Notes: generated by a model from the sequence alone, not told the origin. Positions 12,342 through 26,300 are shown, numbered from the stretch's first letter. The stretch is 64,000 bases of DNA from Phoronis australis (GCA_002633005.1 NMRA01000647.1:164761-228760); one strand, 5' to 3'. Numbers and translations are program-made.

Positions 12342-14798
12342 CTCGAGTTTGACGTTGGAAGAATTGAAGATTCTGCAAAGATGGTAAATAAAAAGACTGC
12401 TGAACAAAATACGATGTTTCTTATTTCAACAAAATCTATAGCGAATTCTTCTGCTCTTATACTTAGGACAAATATATACTCAAGCTTCCTACCAATCGGA
12501 GCTTGAGTTGGTGACATAATTACCCTCCATGAAAGCTTTCGTGTGCACACAAATGTTTCATAACTGGTTGGTCGCGAATTTATGTAAGATTTAAATTTTC
12601 TTATAAGCTCCCTATTAGTTTACAGCGTGCGTGTAATTTGACAACTACATGTACAAATTTGCTAAATATTGTTTGAAGAGATTTAGGATTTGCTTGATGA
12701 AGCACGGTTATTTAACGACGTGGGAAAATGTTGCTTGGGGTTGGACTTGGCTGTGGCGGATAAGTTGAAGTACGTTGGGATTCCTTTGTCGGTACCACCA
12801 CTGACGTGGTAACAATACCATACCAACGGGAACATCTCATTGTCCTGTTACCTGATACGACTCTTGGCACTGCCAAATAACTAATTAATCGGATGGGCTA
12901 TGAAACAATGGAATGTGTTTACTCTCGACACTAACGAGTTTTATTCTCCTCAACGACATTTATTGGATTCTTCCCATAGACTAACGTATTTCAACAATTT
13001 GTTCAAGTGTACATTGTAGTTTGCTAAGTCACATTTGCTAGTTGTAATGCCATTTACATTACTAAGGATGGACGTTGTGCATTCCTTGGTTAAAATCTCT
13101 TTAAAATATTTCACATAGGGAGTTCTAGTTCACTGCCCTATTTCTACCTTCAGAAATCTATAGAACGGTTTTTATAGTATCATCTATATTTGTAAAACCG
13201 TGTTTGGAAAAAATTTTAACAAGGTGTCACCGCTTCCTGCAATGCTAATTCAGGTTAATGGCTTAAAAAGACAGCTGTCACTGAATTTCTACGCATGGGC
13301 TAGGCATAAAATTGTTGCTTGACTAGAACAAACCCCTCCACGAAAAGGTTACCTTTTCATGGAACTTCTATACAAATGAGTCCCATTTCGAGTCAATCTC
13401 TAAGTGGGTGGGTATGCATGAGTATGCTCGGTGTACTCCTGTTCAATAGAACGCTGAGTATCTTCCCTGGTGACACGTAACTCCATGAAACGTGACTGAG
13501 GCCAATGAAATGGACAATGTCTGACAGCTGTTCATAACTTAACTATCCATCGCATACATCGCTCATGCGACCTACGTTACGGAAACAATTACTTCAATTA
13601 GGGGTCCACTCCCACAAAAACCGCGATTTCAATTGATGCTATAAGCAGCTTTATACCACATTATTAGCGTCAAATGACAAATACAACAGTGTAATAACCC
13701 ATTTAGTTATCTCACTAGTGATGTAACATTTTTTCGGGAAACCGAGGCCGGTTTCGTACCCGGGCCCCAAAAGTTTCGAGTCGCCGACTTCACCACTACA
13801 CCACTCAGCCGCTGACGTCATCGAACGTGAAAATAGAATTATTAAATGAGCACGCGCATCAATCACATGTTCAGCAAAGGCCATTTTACCGACATTTATA
13901 CGCTATGAAAAATAAGATGCCAGAGAGGGAACCCCTCAAAGTGTGGACAGATTCCAAGATTGATATCAGTTACAGCACTGCCTTGTCCTATTAAGACGCA
14001 ATTTCTAAAATGAACTCGTTACGTTAACAACTTAGGGCCTGCTATTATGAAATCGGCTTCATCTTGTTCCGTTTTAGGACTAGAAATGATTTCTAGCCTC
14101 GTTTCAGTTCAATCACATCATCTTGCTTGTCACGGCGAGTTATTTCCGACATAGGCATGTATGCGGCCGTAAGGGGGCAATGCAGAAGATTTAAAGGTAA
14201 CATATTTCAATTAAGATTAAGTGTACAGGCCCAGTTTCATTCTTTGCAGGTCTTTAACGGCAAGCGTAACTTGGGCTTTTTTAAACAATTAGGTGGGTCT
14301 TCAATCCCATAAGAACTAAAACATTAATTCTTATAGATCATTTTGTGATGTAAAACTTTTTCTCGGATAAACTTCCCCTTGCTCTGCCATTCACAGCGCC
14401 GCCAAACTTGTTTTTTACCTTAGGAGAAACCCGGCGAACGCCCGCACAGAAGTTTACAGCAAATGTAATATTTATTGCTTCTTTAAGTACTAGCCATAAT
14501 CATTACGTGGACGGCATGGATATTTGGGAAAAAGGGCGGACCATGTCCCTATTTTTAGGAGAATCTCAGTGTGCGAAGTTTACATGTACAATACCATGCG
14601 AATCGTGCCAGGTATCGAATTTCCTCGTGTTGCAAACTGTTTCGTTACACTGGACACGTAATGTCGCCCCGACGACAATGCCGAGAGCGATGCCTTCAAG
14701 TGAAATGTAGCAATATAGTTGTAAAACTTTCAGACTCTCCACCTCTGGTATGGCTAATGGCTATTTTATCCTGTTTGTGTGGTTTCTGATGTATAAAA

Positions 14799-14800
<2 letters not shown>

Positions 14801-14854
<54 letters not shown>
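14801..14854. repeat. (TG)n microsatellite
   Basis: About 27 uninterrupted TG units. Confidence 0.98.
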
Positions 14855-14860
<6 letters not shown>

Positions 14861-15232
14861 AATACCTAGACTTGCAACAAAATTAAATACTGGAACAACT
14901 AATGTTGAGTTTGTATTTGAGTGGTTCGAGGTGCTTCGACGATTGTGAGAACAATTCACAGGCCTACATTTTTCTACGTTTATGGGTGTCGGAAGACAGC
15001 AAGGGGGGTGGAAGTAAATTGCTTGACTTGTTGAAAGAGTCATTATTTATTAAATAATGATAAAAGTTCATATTTACATAAACTGTACACTGCACTTGAC
15101 ACTGTGAACTCAATGCTTCGACTAAGTTTCATGAGTCAAGGTAAATATGCCTTGTAACAAAAATATCAACATATGGACAGACACAGATTTCAAAGTATAA
15201 AACATAAATCTCAATAACATATTAACTTATAC

Positions 15233-16956
15233 CTAAGGAACAGTGCTAACAGTGTTAATTTTCATTTCTGATTCAAAGTTGTACTCGTTGTTACTGAACG
15301 GAACGGGGCGGGTGAAATGTCTATAGAACAGCACACATATCTTTACAACGCCTGCCAGAGAAGCAAGCACGAGAAGCAGAATTGAAGAAGTAGAATTTAT
15401 TGTGCCAGGGGTGTAATTCTTATCGATACTACCAATAAGAGCCACAATAACGACTATGTAGGGGCTGAACTGATATCTTGTGAATTTGTCGAAAACAAAC
15501 ACGTCTAGTCCAAACCACAAGACAAGTTCACCAGCTAGTATTGAGAGAATAACGGTACTGGCAATGCTTTGCTCAACACCGAGTCTGTAAGCAAGAACTT
15601 GTGCAAAGTTCAGTAAGGTGGCAATTGTGACCCATGTAGCGTAGAAGGCCAGGCCGTTTTGAATAAACAGACGAGTCATCCAAATGTCCTTCTGTAATCC
15701 CATTTTCGCCAAGTAGTTGCCACTCTTGTTCAGGCGCACGTGCGATATGACTAAGCAAATGTACAGCGTGAAAGGAAGAAGAGCTATGGGTATTAAAGCC
15801 CAGTCGATCATAAGACGATCCCAGATGACCAGCCAGGCAACATTGCACCCTAGATTGATGATGTATGAAATATAAAACAACGGTGATTCGGTTTGCGGGT
15901 TCGCGTACAAGGCATATCCTTCCGGAGTTTTACGAAATATTGCTGCAATGACGTATATCAGCCAAATTATTTGCCATGTGTAGATGAAACCCCAAATTGA
16001 AAAGGTCCAGCTGGCAGGAGTCACTTCTATATAGCGCATGTCGTCTCTGAACGGTGACGTGTTTGTGAAGAGACCTGGAAGAAACAAAATGGTGGTGACA
16101 GATTGACAAGAGTCATCAAGTTTTACTGGCCGGTGAAATGGTGAAAAGAGTGTTGTTACATGCTACGCGTCGCCGATTTTGGAACTTTCCACAAATTAAG
16201 ATAATATTTGTCGCGTATATATTACTGTCTTTCGAAACTCCGATTCCCTATCAGCATTAAGCCAATCGCTACTTACCCATTTGCTGTCCGATGGGGGACA
16301 TGCCTATTGAGTTCACGAACAACGTAAACGCAAAACATGAGGCGGTCAACACCGTAAGGAACGCCAGAAGTGGATTGTGGGTAGCTGGCTTGGGAGTCTG
16401 AAAGAGTAAAATGTATGTTCAAAATGAAAATCTAATTGAAAACATTTTGAAATATTTTGCTTTAGAAAAGGAAAAAACATCTTGAAAGCAAAACCAGCGG
16501 TTAATTCTAGAAGTAGGCGCGGTTTAAGGCAACATATTGCTATCAGTGCTACTTCGGTCGATATGACCTGATATCACCATATATTTAACTGATATTCTAT
16601 GATATCACCATCGGAAACGGGTGTAGCGAATATCACGTGCATATGAAGGGCAATAGGCCTTCTTCGATTTTTATTGATCGAAGTATTCTTGTAACTATAC
16701 AACCTACTCAGGGATACAACAACATGAGATTACTGATACAATTATTCAAGCCTCTAATTCGTCAAAAAATAATAAAAAATAATATCAAATCGCATTTCGT
16801 TGCATTTTGTTGACCAGAGAATGTTGAAAACAACTTATGATACAAAGTCCATGACTTATTGAGCTTAGTAGTAGTAGTAGGCCTAAGTTGATAACATTTC
16901 AACACTTTGTTTGCATGGTTCAGTATATTATCGAAAGAACAAACCTCGGTTGTCAT
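15233..16956 (-). CDS. Uncharacterised multi-pass membrane protein, paralog B (tandem duplicate of 9114..12341), 324 aa
   Basis: Exons 16945..16956 (MTTE), 16277..16397 (121 nt, same size as in A) and 15233..16074; GT-AG introns; high protein similarity to paralog A. Confidence 0.85.
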
Positions 16957-18399
16957 CCTGGAATCCACGCAAGACTGTTGTGTTGACAGTATATAGTGGA
17001 AAAGCTAACACAAAAACTTCGGTGCTGATGTGTCGTGTATCTGCAAATAGATGCGTGTAAATAAAGATCTCGTTTTTATTATTTTGGGATAATAACATAC
17101 CTAAAATGTGTTGACCAATCAGAGCTTGAGTTGGTGACATAACGATCCTTCACGAGCAGAAGCTTTTGTGTACACACACAAATGTTTCATAAGGTGCTAA
17201 GAAATATATAGGTCACGAATTTATGTAAGTCGTTCCCCTCTTTTATGTAAGCTTTATTGTTTGCTTGTAGCGCAATTTGACAACCACAATTTGCCTAAGC
17301 ATTATTATAGGCAGTGATTTAGCATTTGCTCGGGCGTCAAATGACGTGAGAAAATGACTGGCTTGACATCGACAAATTTAATTACCACAGTGCTTTAGTC
17401 TGCCTACACACATTACCTGGGACTATCCTAGACATCATAATGGTCGAACTGAATTTAGTTCATTGAACTGAACGACTCGGACATATACGAAGGCACTGGC
17501 CGGCAGGTGACAGACTTAGCAACCTCTGAAAACTACCGCTATGCGGTCCATCAGCCTTCAGTTGTCTTATAGGATAAAGCAATTGTTGAACCACAAAAAA
17601 CAATAGATTCTAGACTGCGGCACATCTTGAAACCTGCACCTCAGTCAGGATCCCAGCCTCAGTGAACTTTTTACTAAACGCGGCGGATGTAGAATTTCTG
17701 GAATTCAATGCCAATCAAGATGCATTGAATCATCAATTTCAAATCAAATTTACTTATTATTGATTTGTTCCTGCGGCATTCGGTCACAGGCCCATAATTG
17801 ATGGCACATTCAATATTCACCAAAAACTTATGTTTTACAAGAGCAAAGTGGAACGTTGAAACTGAAATGCACGGCCGGTTAACGGCAGCCGTATGCTTCT
17901 ATAGCCTAGAGGAGTTACACTGAAGACTTGTCAATTACGTGGTGCAGAATTCGTCCAACCCGGCCGTGAACGTGAACTCCGGCCGCCACCAAACAAAACT
18001 ATTAATTGTCAAACTCATTCTTCACGAAAATCCGTAGATACAGATGTAGGCATGAAAGAAAACAAACGTCATGAAGAGGCGCAGCAGTAGTCAGATTGGT
18101 CTCATCTGTTTTCCACTGTAGGAATACACAGGGGTTCAGCAGACGCAACCGTAGATGCGAGAAAATGCCACTAGGGGGCAGCACAGTAAATGGACCAGTC
18201 GTGAACACACCCACACTGCCCATATACCGGTAAACCTCTAAGTGCTTTGGCGTATACGGAGGCTGACGACAAAAACAGACTTGCCAATAATAAAAATGGT
18301 CACTAAGTGGTGAGGAATGAGTGGAGTTCATCTCAAAATGGAAACGTTCTGTCGTGTTCATTATAATAAGTACTGTATAGTTATTCCCCTTATAAAAAT

Positions 18400-18620
18400 A
18401 AACTTAAGTTTTCATTGAAAAACCTAAGTTCTTGGTCGGAAAAACTAGTTTTCATGCACCAAAACTTATAAGTTTTTGGCAAACACTTTTAAAAGCATTT
18501 TGGAACAAGTTTTTTGGAACAAACTTTAGTTTTCTTAACTTAAGTTTTCAAAAACTTAAGTTCTAAAAACTTTTAAGTTTTTAGTAAGAACTTAAGTATT
18601 TCCTCTTAAACTTAAGTTAT
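18400..18620. repeat. AT-rich array of AACTTAAGTT-like palindromic units (probable MITE/foldback arm)
   Basis: Repeated aacttaagtt, aacctaagtt and aaactagttt motifs. Confidence 0.55.
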
Positions 18621-18795
18621 GTTCCACGAAGGAAGAAATGCTTCTAAAGTAAATAGAGCGAAAATACTAAAACTAGGGAGACGAGAGATTGCAATGCACA
18701 AACCGGAAATCTAACAAGTAAGTAGGCCTAAAAAAGAACACTACTTCTACATCATGAAAACCGTGCAAGCTCACAACATTGAAGACCGATAACAT

Positions 18796-18992
18796 CAGGT
18801 GTGCACCCATCCTAAAATATAGGGGGCTCGAATTTTTTAGAGTGTGGACATTTTATTAAAACAAGAAAAAAAAAAACGGGGTACGTTCAGAGCTATGAAT
18901 TGTGCATTCGCCGAATTCCTGCCTCTTTAGTGGACTTTTGTCTCGTTTTCTTAGATTTTTCTACCAACTTGTCAACCTCGGGTGCGCGCATG
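18796..18992. mobile_element. MITE, CATGCGCGCACCCA family (diverged copy)
   Basis: caggtgtgcacccatcc..aggggctcgaattt ... gggtgcgcgcatg; homologous to 1274..1522. Confidence 0.6.
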
Positions 18993-20300
18993 AACATATG
19001 CCTACACTGCACACTGATCAGAATACGAGTGAATAAAACTGGCGGGTAAAATGTTTTTAAATGCCAATACCACGTCACCAGTCCAAGATCTGGGCGTACT
19101 TCAAATATACACGACTTACCAAACAATACTAGGCCTATAAATTGGAAATACGAATGGTTGTGTCTGCAGTAACAACGTAGCGTTATCCCCCATGCCGGGG
19201 AATACCTAATGGGTTATTAGTTGGTAGCAGGGCCGTGGGGCTCGGGCGGGTGGTGGCACGTGCCCCCGATAATTTACTGGGTTCCAGGTGAAATCGTGGC
19301 CACCGTCATAGGCGTAGGGCAGGGGTAGTCGTAAGAAAAGAGAGACGAAGCATGCAGCGCAGATGAAACGAAAAAATAAGAGCATACATGTATCTGTCAA
19401 CCACCGTCCATGGCCAGCGCCGAGGTTACCCTTTGGGCGCACTCTGGCCACTCCGATTTCTGTTACGGGCAGGAGATATAGTGTACACCGTCAAAATGCG
19501 GCATTTTTAAGAGTTATCGTAATCACATACAATGCAACTCTCGTTCTTTTTTTCGCTTTCTTATTCGAAAATGCACAATCTTTTAATCGGAAACAGGAAC
19601 AATTTAGAAATATCTTAATTAAAGCATCATTTGCAGCTTATTTTTTGCTTTTGAAATTATTGAACTTCCATAATTAAGGGGCTTGAAGGGGCCTGACGGT
19701 GAAATTCGGCATAGCCGTCCACCATTTTCAGAATTTTAATTTACATCCTTTTCTTCCTAAAGGAGGCCCAATCGGATGGAATCAATTGCCTCCTTTTCTA
19801 TTAGTTGTTAAATCGTATATCAACCGTTTTTTTCCAATGGATCGCACTGCGATAGTTTTTTAATGATATTACTTTTCATGTTAAGGGGACTCCTTTCGGC
19901 TCCTTTCTTGTCCCTTTGTCACCCCTGAATACTTGGCATTGTCAACTAATCAAGCTGGGAAGTAGGTAAAATTTCAATACAGTCAAAAAACACAACGTGA
20001 TCATGTGAAACTTATCAGCATCAAAAGACGTGCTTCCCAAACAAAAGAAAATGTGAGATTGTGTTGAACAAAACAAAATCAATAGCATAAATTGGCATCG
20101 AAAGGACACTCTGAAGTTTGAAGAACTCGGAGACCACAGATGTTACGGTATCATTGATGGCTCCCGACGATACGGATATCTGTATTTATTTATTTTTTAA
20201 AAACGTTTTGGAGGTCGTTGTTGTGTAAAGTTTCCTTTATGAAGATGGAAGTGTTCGAAGGAACTCGCACGTGTCAAACACGGACTGTCGGGAGTGTTAG

Positions 20301-21769
20301 GTTTATCATCGTGTACAGTGTGCACGTGTGACGAATTATTGTGAGCTATTCAAAGTACGTTTTGGAGTGCAATTTGAACTCTTAAAACGTAGGAGGTTGT
20401 CACCACAATAAACCAGAATACACGTTCACACGGATAAGTCCTGCAAATGTCTTATATATAAGAGAGGGATTGGAACTCGGTCAGTTCATTCTCGGGAGGG
20501 GAAGAGGCAGACACCCAAAACTTGGCAGTTTGCAAGGAACCCCGGAACTGCACTCCTTCAAAATGCACCTTCAAAGCCTGATCCAAAAAATGAAATTTCA
20601 CCATACTTGACCTGTATTATTAAAGAAAATATAATTGGCGTACATGTAGTTTTCACTCTTTAAAATACTGGAGCCAGCAGCATGCTCGACTTTGCACCGG
20701 ATCGGATTGATACGCGATGGACAAAAGATGTATTACTCTCCAGAGAGGCATCAGTTCCTGATGTAGAACACAGTTTATTAGAATTATTTGCTGACCAGCA
20801 AATTAAACAGATTTATATTATGCCTTTTAAACTGTTGCTCCAACCTCAATTGAAAGTTTTTAAGTATTATCGCATTCATAAAAAGTTTACACACAATATT
20901 TTTTAAAAGAAAATGCAAATAGTCCAAAACGACAAATGCTCATTTTGTGGAGTGGTAGAAACTTTTAGTCACTTGTTTTTGGAATGTCAGCATGTACTTT
21001 CTTTTTGGAATAATTTACAAACTTGGATTTCAAACGTCGTTGGAGATAACCTGTAACTGGCTGAAAAGCGTGTCCTACTATTTGCATACATTGGAAGTCA
21101 TGGCTAAAAAATCAATCACGTATTAACGTTAGCTCAGTACTTTATACATACTTGTTCGAAGTCTTCATGTATTCCTGTACTTCAGAGATTTCACCCCCAA
21201 TTTTATTTGACACTGTCAAGACATGGAAAATTATGAAATCTAGAGAATTACCCCCTGACCTGCTGGGACTTTTTGAAACCCTTAAACATTCAGTATAAAT
21301 TCAAGCAGAGCTGGCCAGGAATGTGAGAGTGAATGGGTTTGTTTTCTTTTCTACTGTATTCCCTTGTTAATTTCATTTTATGCAAATAAACTTTAAAAAA
21401 AATGTTTATCATCGTGTACCGTGTGCATGTGTGACGAATTAATGTGAGCTATTCAAAGTACGTTTTGGAGTGCAATTTGAACTCATAAACCGTAAGAGCT
21501 TGTCATCACAATGAACCAGAGTACACGTTCACACGGATGCGGATAAGCCCTGCAAATGTCTTATATAAGAGAGGGAATGGAACTCGGTCAGTTCAACCTC
21601 GGGAGGAGAGGCAGACACCCAAAACTTGGCAGTTTCCAAGGAACCCCGGAACTGCACTCCTTCAAAATGCACCTTCAAAGCCTGATCCCCCAAAAAATGA
21701 AATTTTGCAATACTTGACCTGTATTATTAAAGAGAATATCATTGGCGTAGTTTTCACTCTTGGAAATAC
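20301..21769 (+). repeat. ~370-bp direct repeats (20301..20669 and 21404..21769) flanking the L1-like fragment
   Basis: Colinear alignment, roughly 90% identical by eye with small indels. Confidence 0.9.
20670..21402 (+). mobile_element. 5'-truncated L1/Tx1-like LINE (decayed zf-RVT C-terminus, poly-A tail)
   Basis: Frameshifted peptide IYIMPF...PQLKVFKY..H / MQIVQNDKCSFCGVVETFSHLFLECQHVLSFW (CCHC); AATAAA followed by an A-run at 21384..21402. Confidence 0.8.
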
Positions 21770-23393
21770 TTGTCGGATGTATTGTCTACGAGTGCTTCAC
21801 ATCGACAGTGGTCTCCAAGTTTCCGGCTTTATTATTCACAATCCTTCCGATTCGGAGCAATCTGTTAAGGTTCCATTCCCGTCTCACGCTGTTGGTTTAT
21901 CTGAGGTGCCACGTGGTGGTACCTTGCATGGACAGATTTTGAGATTTTATTTTAGCAGTTTGGAAATTTGACTGCGGTTTTATTAGACAATTGGAAACTT
22001 TATCTATTTCCCGCTTGAAGGGTTGATATGTGTCTTCTCATCTTACTTTAACCCTTTTCTGTTTCGCTGTCGATGCAGCATCTGTAAAGTCATTCCCTCT
22101 CGCATTTTTCCCATGATTGGACGCTGCGCTGTAGTCAGGATTTTTACAAAGTGCCCATATTGCTTGTCCGAATCTCCCACTGCGCTCGAATGAGCGTAAG
22201 AGTATTCTTGATTAAATTCGACAACTTCTTACGGCTACCTCAGACCCCGAGGGTGTGTAGCAGTAATTTCTATGTTAGTTAGACGTTCCTGCATTCAGGC
22301 TATTTTCAGTAGTCGAAAACTGATAATAGAATTCACTTTGTCGAAACATATTGCTAGGATGTGCGGGTAACAAAAACATCAGGGCGAAGACTCTGTTTTC
22401 AACTTCTAGATAAATGTGCGTTTATATATCACACACGGGCGGCGCAGCACTGAAAAAAAGTGGGGGGGGGGGNGTTGCGGTTGGGAAGGCTCCGTCGACG
22501 GGTCTTTACCTATGAAATCTAAACGATCCAAGGAAAAAAGTTATTTGCGCAACATAATTCATTTGAACCTCCATGGCAGCGCCCTCATGCTTTTTTGTCT
22601 TTTTGTCAGCTGAACTAGTCACGGGTACATATAGCCAGCATAGAGTTTTAGACTTTATACTTGAGACCAAAACTGTTATGGCGAACTGATCATCACAATT
22701 TATTTTCATAGAGCGAATTTTGTTGTAGGAGGGAATCCCTTTCAGAGTTTCTTAAAACTTTTTTTCCGCATTTTTTCTGGGCACCAACTGTAGTTTTTAT
22801 GTTGTATACTTGGTTACAAAGTGGTATCTATTTCAATTTAGATCCTTTCCCCAATATATTCCGTACAACATAGCCTAGTCCTCACAACACTGAGTGAAAA
22901 CTATTGTGACACACTGCTATCAAAAAATAAATGTGAGTAAATCATTTATTGTCACTGAGGAAGACACTTAAATTAAATACTGAGCACATCGGTGTTGCAG
23001 CCACACCCCATAATGGTGCACATTCAAAACGTCTCCTAGGTTACCAGGAACAAGGCAAGTTAGAAAAACATATCTGAACCACATCAGGTTTGTCTTTGAT
23101 CATTCTGATAGGTGTGAAGTGAGAATCTCAAATTCAACATAACAATTCTCATTTTGGCCATTGAGTATGATAATGGGAAATAAATAACAAACAATTACAC
23201 AAGTGTACAAGTCGCTGGTTTCCACTCTCATTGTAAATTCTCCAGTGTGGAATTTATACTGCCTTAGAAGTCACATACATTTTGAACCGCAATGATAATG
23301 CTGACACTGGACTCTCAGGAGTATTTCAAACTAATGCACCATCAACTTTTCTCATGCATTAATGTTGGTAATCTCTTTATTATATCCCTTGCC

Positions 23394-26300
23394 TTACACA
23401 GCCTCAATGGTAGGCATTGTGGGATCACTTGACTGTCTGTGAGTATCCACTTTTGAATGCACTTTGGCAAATCGACTCAGTTTAAACAGTTCTTTTTGTG
23501 TGGGCTCATGTTGACTTGTTTTTGAAGTTGTCTTTTGTGTTGTATTCTGGTCTGTTTTCCTACAAAGAGAAACGAATCTTTATATTACAAATAACACACA
23601 ACAATTTAAAATGTAAAATGGTCGGTGCTGACGATAATGTTGATGACACTGATGGTGATGGCACCATGTGGTGTTAGTAATGGTGAAGGTGATGGTGGTT
23701 TTATGTTTGCTTACTTCATTATGAGATTAACAGAATTCTATCATGAGATCACACGCCGACTGCCACAGTATTCAGTACATGCCAAAAATAACCAGACAAA
23801 TCAACCCAGAATTTCTCATCAGGGCGACTGAATGAGAGCGGAATTTCCTGTCATGACGATTGAATACAAGCAGAGTTCACTGTCAGAGTCACTGGAATGA
23901 CACGTCATGATGAACCAAGATTGGAAATGGAATTCTGTCCAATTAAATTAGGCGTGTTCTGTGAGGTGCATCTAGTTAACATAACTGTTTTACTTACTTA
24001 ACAGTTGGTTTTGTATTCTGCCTTAGTCCAGCAGCTACTCTGTTGATATTTTCTTGGTACTCTGTGGTCAATGGCTCAGTGCGACTTGGCTTCTGTGTTA
24101 ATCCCTGTGTAGACTGTTTTTCCTGCCATTTCTTCATATCTTGATGCCACGTTGAGCCATAGTTGTATGATAAAATTTTTCCCATTTGAGGTTTTCCCTG
24201 TTCACTGCCTAGGGTGGGCCTGAAATACAAACGCGTATGTTAGCAAAAGTCAAATTAGGGGCATACTAGTCAACAGTAATGGAATATGAAATATTACTTG
24301 GCATCACATTCATTCTTACTACATGTACATCATCAAAAAAACATAGCTTTTGGTTTAGAATGTTTAGCACTATAAAAAGTGATCTAAGCTTAGTCCTTGC
24401 TAAGGTGTAAAATGTGGGCTTGGAAAGATGTTTTTCATTGACTTGAACTAACCATCAAAGCACCAGAGAACAACAAACAACATCATGATGTATACAATGA
24501 ACATAAGCTTTGATGACAAAACACAAAGCATCTCTAAGATTTCTGTGTATAAGTAGGTGTGTATTGAAAATGAATTTCAATACACACCCACTTATACACA
24601 GAAATCAACTGTTTGATTCCTTAATCCTGACCTAAGAAGACTGACCATAAGACCTTCTAACACTTACATAGGTAAATATCTTGGCTTGCTCTCCAGTTCA
24701 CCCTTAGGTTTCACTTCCTTCTCACGTGGTGGTACATAGCCCCGTACAGGCCGACCTTTTTGCTTCTCTCTCCTATAGCCATACCCGGGTTGCCTGTGTT
24801 CAGGGAGTTTGACTGTTTTATCTGTGATTGAGTTACCTGAAATAATGGAACAGGCAATTTGTAAATAAATTTAGCATAAACTAAAACACACAGCTTAGTA
24901 AACGTGAAGTGAGAAAAGGAAATGGATATGAGTTTGTAAGTTAATTACAACATGGTCATCCATTCACTGTTGTGATGGACTCCAAATCCAATTTAAAGCA
25001 TGTCCATTCATTTCAATGTAATTTCAATCATCCTAACTGATTTTTTCTTGACAAAGTTTGCAGGTCATACCTTCACGTTTGAATACTGAAGTATTGTCAC
25101 CAGCGTATGGATATCTCTCCCTAGGTTGTAATGTGTTCTGGTCAACTTCTTCTGCTTTGAATGGTTCATGAACCATGTACTCAGGCAACCGGAAATCCCA
25201 GTGTCTACAAAGAAAACAAACAGGTCAGCAATTACATTGACAGTACATCACTATTGTCCACAGTGGTGAATTTGGTTCTTAGTTTCACTTCTTTAGTGCC
25301 AGAATAAAGAGAAAGTAAAAGCCTTTTTCATTCTACGAATGCAAACTGCTCATGATTTAAACAACTGCCCCATGTGTTATCAAGTCCACAAGTCACCATA
25401 TGTACACAATATATCATGTAGCGAATTTTTATCTCATCAAAATTAGTAAAATTTCCATGTAACAAACATAATTCCAGGTTTTGCATATGTTGCAACACAT
25501 AAAATGCAACTCAGTTATATTTGGTTTAATGTAAAAACATAAGGCAGTACAAATGTTTTAGTCCCTTACTGTGTTTTCTTCTGTTCTTCTTCTTCAATCC
25601 TATTGTCTTCTAAGTAAAACCATTCATTGCGCGGGTAAGAAGCTGCCTCATTTGTCTTGGCTTTGAAATCTCTGAATCTCAACAAATCTGAAAACAATTA
25701 ATTGTACATCTAGCATAAATGTTTTGTATGTGCAAAAGAATAATATAGTTTAAGACCATACAATCTCAAGGCTATGATTTGTAGGCAATACGTTGATTGC
25801 TGTAGTTCTCTAACCATCTCTGTGTACATTTGAACAGACATTCTGCACACAGAAACAAAGATACATCATGGTTTTTGTTTGTTTGAAAATACTCGATTGT
25901 GACATGGGCATGATTATCATAAGTCATGACGAAAATAAAACAACATGTCATCCATTCCAAATTCAAGGTATTCTAAATGACGCATTGTTATAGCCAACCA
26001 ATTGGGGAAACTGAAGGCCACATACCTTGGCGACCGCCTCCTTTAGCAAGTTTGATGTATTTACTGTCTGTTTCTTTTATCACATTTCTCGTTGGTACAT
26101 ACAGCTGTTCATTGGGGTCGATGGGAATGTCACTCAAACCAGGAATCTGTGAAGCTGGTGGCAACTCTGCTGGTTCACTCCTTACTTTTGGTTTAGCCGG
26201 AGCATGGTAGAACCACCCTGAAATCGCAACAAAAGCCCCTTTAAATACAAACCGATTGCTGTCAAATTTTTAACATTTTAAGTCAAAAATAACATTTCAA

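Noticed and set aside
21770-22350. Possible decayed coding sequence on the minus strand
   Set aside because: Multiple stops and no recognisable domain.
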